Source: an uncultured virus (IMG/VR IMGVR_UViG_3300021197_001705) (Duplodnaviria; Heunggongvirae; Uroviricota; Caudoviricetes). From it: a DNA stretch of 64,000 nt. Numbering within the stretch: position 1 is the stretch's first letter; every line of letters starts with the position of its first letter. Under the pieces are notes generated by a model, which was given only the letters and a program-made list of their open reading frames with translations, did no database searches and was not told the origin of the DNA. The stretch is taken from the IMG/VR virus record IMGVR_UViG_3300021197_001705; one strand, 5' to 3'. Below, piece by piece: positions 62,560-64,000 of the stretch. Both the position numbers and the translations under genes were made by a program.

Positions 62560-63999
62560 TTATCCAGCCTGTAAATCTCCACCAATCAAGAACCAAGCGC
62601 TTCCATTACTAACAAAAGTTACTATTTCACCCGGCATGATTGTATCGTTATCAACGTTTGTTGTTATTAAAGCGGTACCACCTGTTGCGTGAAAAGTGAC
62701 ATTCTCTCCACCCTCGTTTTCAACGATTAGAAGGGCTCCTGCCGTACCTGCTCCTCCAAACCTCATACCGGTCCGGGCAGAGCCGTTAGCGTCTATCTTC
62801 ACATATGTAGACGTTATTGGGATTGTCGCGTTTGCATCATTCCCGGTGAAGTTGTGAACACTAGCGGGTGTAAAAACGGTTGTTGACGTCACAGTCACAC
62901 TACCGTTAATTGTGGTCATAGAGGTAGATTGCTTTCCGATTTCTACATCAACTTCATCTTCCGCATCACCGTCAACTAAGACAAGTCCAAATTGCATTTC
63001 ACCATCGTGAGTTGCAACACCAAGAGAAAGTTTACCACCTTCTTGACCATTAGTATGGACTGATACAGCAGCCTCCATTTTTGCAAAAAGAACTTGATCT
63101 TGGTTAGCATCATCAGCAATAAACTCAATAACACCAGCAACATCGTTAGCAGCACCAGCAGCACCCTTATCTTTAATAAATTGAAGTCGTGCTCCGTCAG
63201 CATCATTTGTTGTATTTTTAATTTGAAACAAGGGCATTGTAGCCAGAGCAGACGAAAGAGTCAAGGTACCGTCACTTCCATCAGTTAGCTTTACATCTTG
63301 ATCGTTGCCAAACTGAATAGTTCCCCCATCAGCTATGAAAAGATCCGACCAGCCTTTAGCAGCGGAACCCAAAGCGATTCCATCATTGGTAGTTGGGGAA
63401 AACTCATTTGCCTCTAGCGCGATCTCGTCAACATCGGCCACTCTAAAGGTAACCTTGTCGTCTGACGAAAAATCAATTAAATTGTGGGCATCTCTACCAA
63501 CTTTCCTTCCAGCATTAAAGTCAGTTGTAATTGCCGTCTGAGCACCAGCGAGTAGAACTGCTGTACCTTCGACAGCAATAGCACCAGACCCTGTACGAGT
63601 AATGGTTGTGTCACTAGCGTGTCCTAATTCGATACCGGTACCAATTTGAAGACTATTAGCTATAGCGACACCACCAGCAAGCGTGTTGTTGATATCTAAT
63701 AGATTAGTATCTGAACCGGCAACCAGAGTTTTGAAAATAAATCCGCCGTCTTCAGTACCATTTGTAACATCTACAGACAGTGCTTCTATTGTCGAATAGA
63801 ATGTACTGGTATTTCCATCATCGTCACCGATGAATTTCAGAAAACCCAACACATCACCATCGCTAGCATTGCCTCCGTTTTGGTCCATGGCAAAATGAAT
63901 TCCCGGACCAGTAGCAAAGTTGCCCGTGTTCTTTAGGGATAAGGTAGGCTCACCGGCTGTTTCTGTGGCTTGTTGAATTCTTAGTCCAGCGTCTGGCCT
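62560..63999 (-). CDS. Fibre-like / beta-repeat virion protein, 5' end outside the window
   Basis: Frame open to the window edge; Gly/Asp/Thr-rich; internal repeat DVLGFLKFIGDD..NGTEDG / DVAGVIEFIADD..NGQEGG. Confidence 0.7.
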   Translation of the reverse strand, partial: RPDAGLRIQQATETAGEPTLSLKNTGNFATGPGIHFAMDQNGGNASDGDVLGFLKFIGDDDGNTSTFYSTIEALSVDVTNGTEDGGFIFKTLVAGSDTNLLDINNTLAGGVAIANSLQIGTGIELGHASDTTITRTGSGAIAVEGTAVLLAGAQTAITTDFNAGRKVGRDAHNLIDFSSDDKVTFRVADVDEIALEANEFSPTTNDGIALGSAAKGWSDLFIADGGTIQFGNDQDVKLTDGSDGTLTLSSALATMPLFQIKNTTNDADGARLQFIKDKGAAGAANDVAGVIEFIADDANQDQVLFAKMEAAVSVHTNGQEGGKLSLGVATHDGEMQFGLVLVDGDAEDEVDVEIGKQSTSMTTINGSVTVTSTTVFTPASVHNFTGNDANATIPITSTYVKIDANGSARTGMRFGGAGTAGALLIVENEGGENVTFHATGGTALITTNVDNDTIMPGEIVTFVSNGSAWFLIGGDLQAG

Positions 64000-64000
64000 G

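Noticed and set aside
151..63541. Plus-strand ORFs in the track (for example 12541..13152, 41398..42102, 47039..47902, 48452..49084)
   Set aside because: They are antisense shadows of well-supported minus-strand genes, with no recognisable motifs.
1..64000. Alternative genetic code (stop-codon reassignment)
   Set aside because: Core genes translate full-length in code 11, and TAA, TAG and TGA all occur as genuine stops.

Overview
This window is a 64-kb piece of a large, uncultured-type myovirus genome with T4-like virion genes. Every credible gene lies on the minus strand. Read in the direction of transcription (right to left), the modules are: (i) head, neck, tail and baseplate genes (scaffold, gp23-like major capsid protein, gp13/14/15-like neck proteins, gp18 sheath, two gp19-like tubes, tail chaperone, tape measure, LysM and hub proteins); (ii) replication and nucleotide metabolism (compact PolA-like protein, divergent tubulin/FtsZ-like protein, gp32-like SSB, RecA/UvsX, 5'-3' exonuclease, gp41/DnaB helicase, class II RNR, ThyX, dUTPase, deaminase, DnaE); (iii) chaperone, protease and lysis genes (GroEL, GroES, J-domain protein, two ClpP, trypsin-like protease, amidase endolysin); and (iv) a roughly 9-kb accessory region. 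The accessory region is the most unusual part. It holds ten copies of a roughly 62-bp module, GGACA-N5-TG(T/A)CC-TACCCA-N17-(-10 box)-AAGGAG, which looks like a promoter with a non-canonical -35 box and an abutting palindrome. These modules drive tandem arrays of about 50-80 aa M(K/Q)VGDLV (KOW/SH3-like) mini-proteins: 16 in the first 5.7 kb and about 25 in the window. The mini-genes are joined by a conserved dual-coding junction of about 29 nt. Two further promoter classes are visible: TTGACA-type sigma70 promoters and an ACTA(T/A)TTA motif upstream of structural genes. A 100-N scaffold gap at 30539-30638 creates an artefactual RNR-ClpP fusion in the ORF track. All assignments rest on motif recognition by eye; no database search was run.
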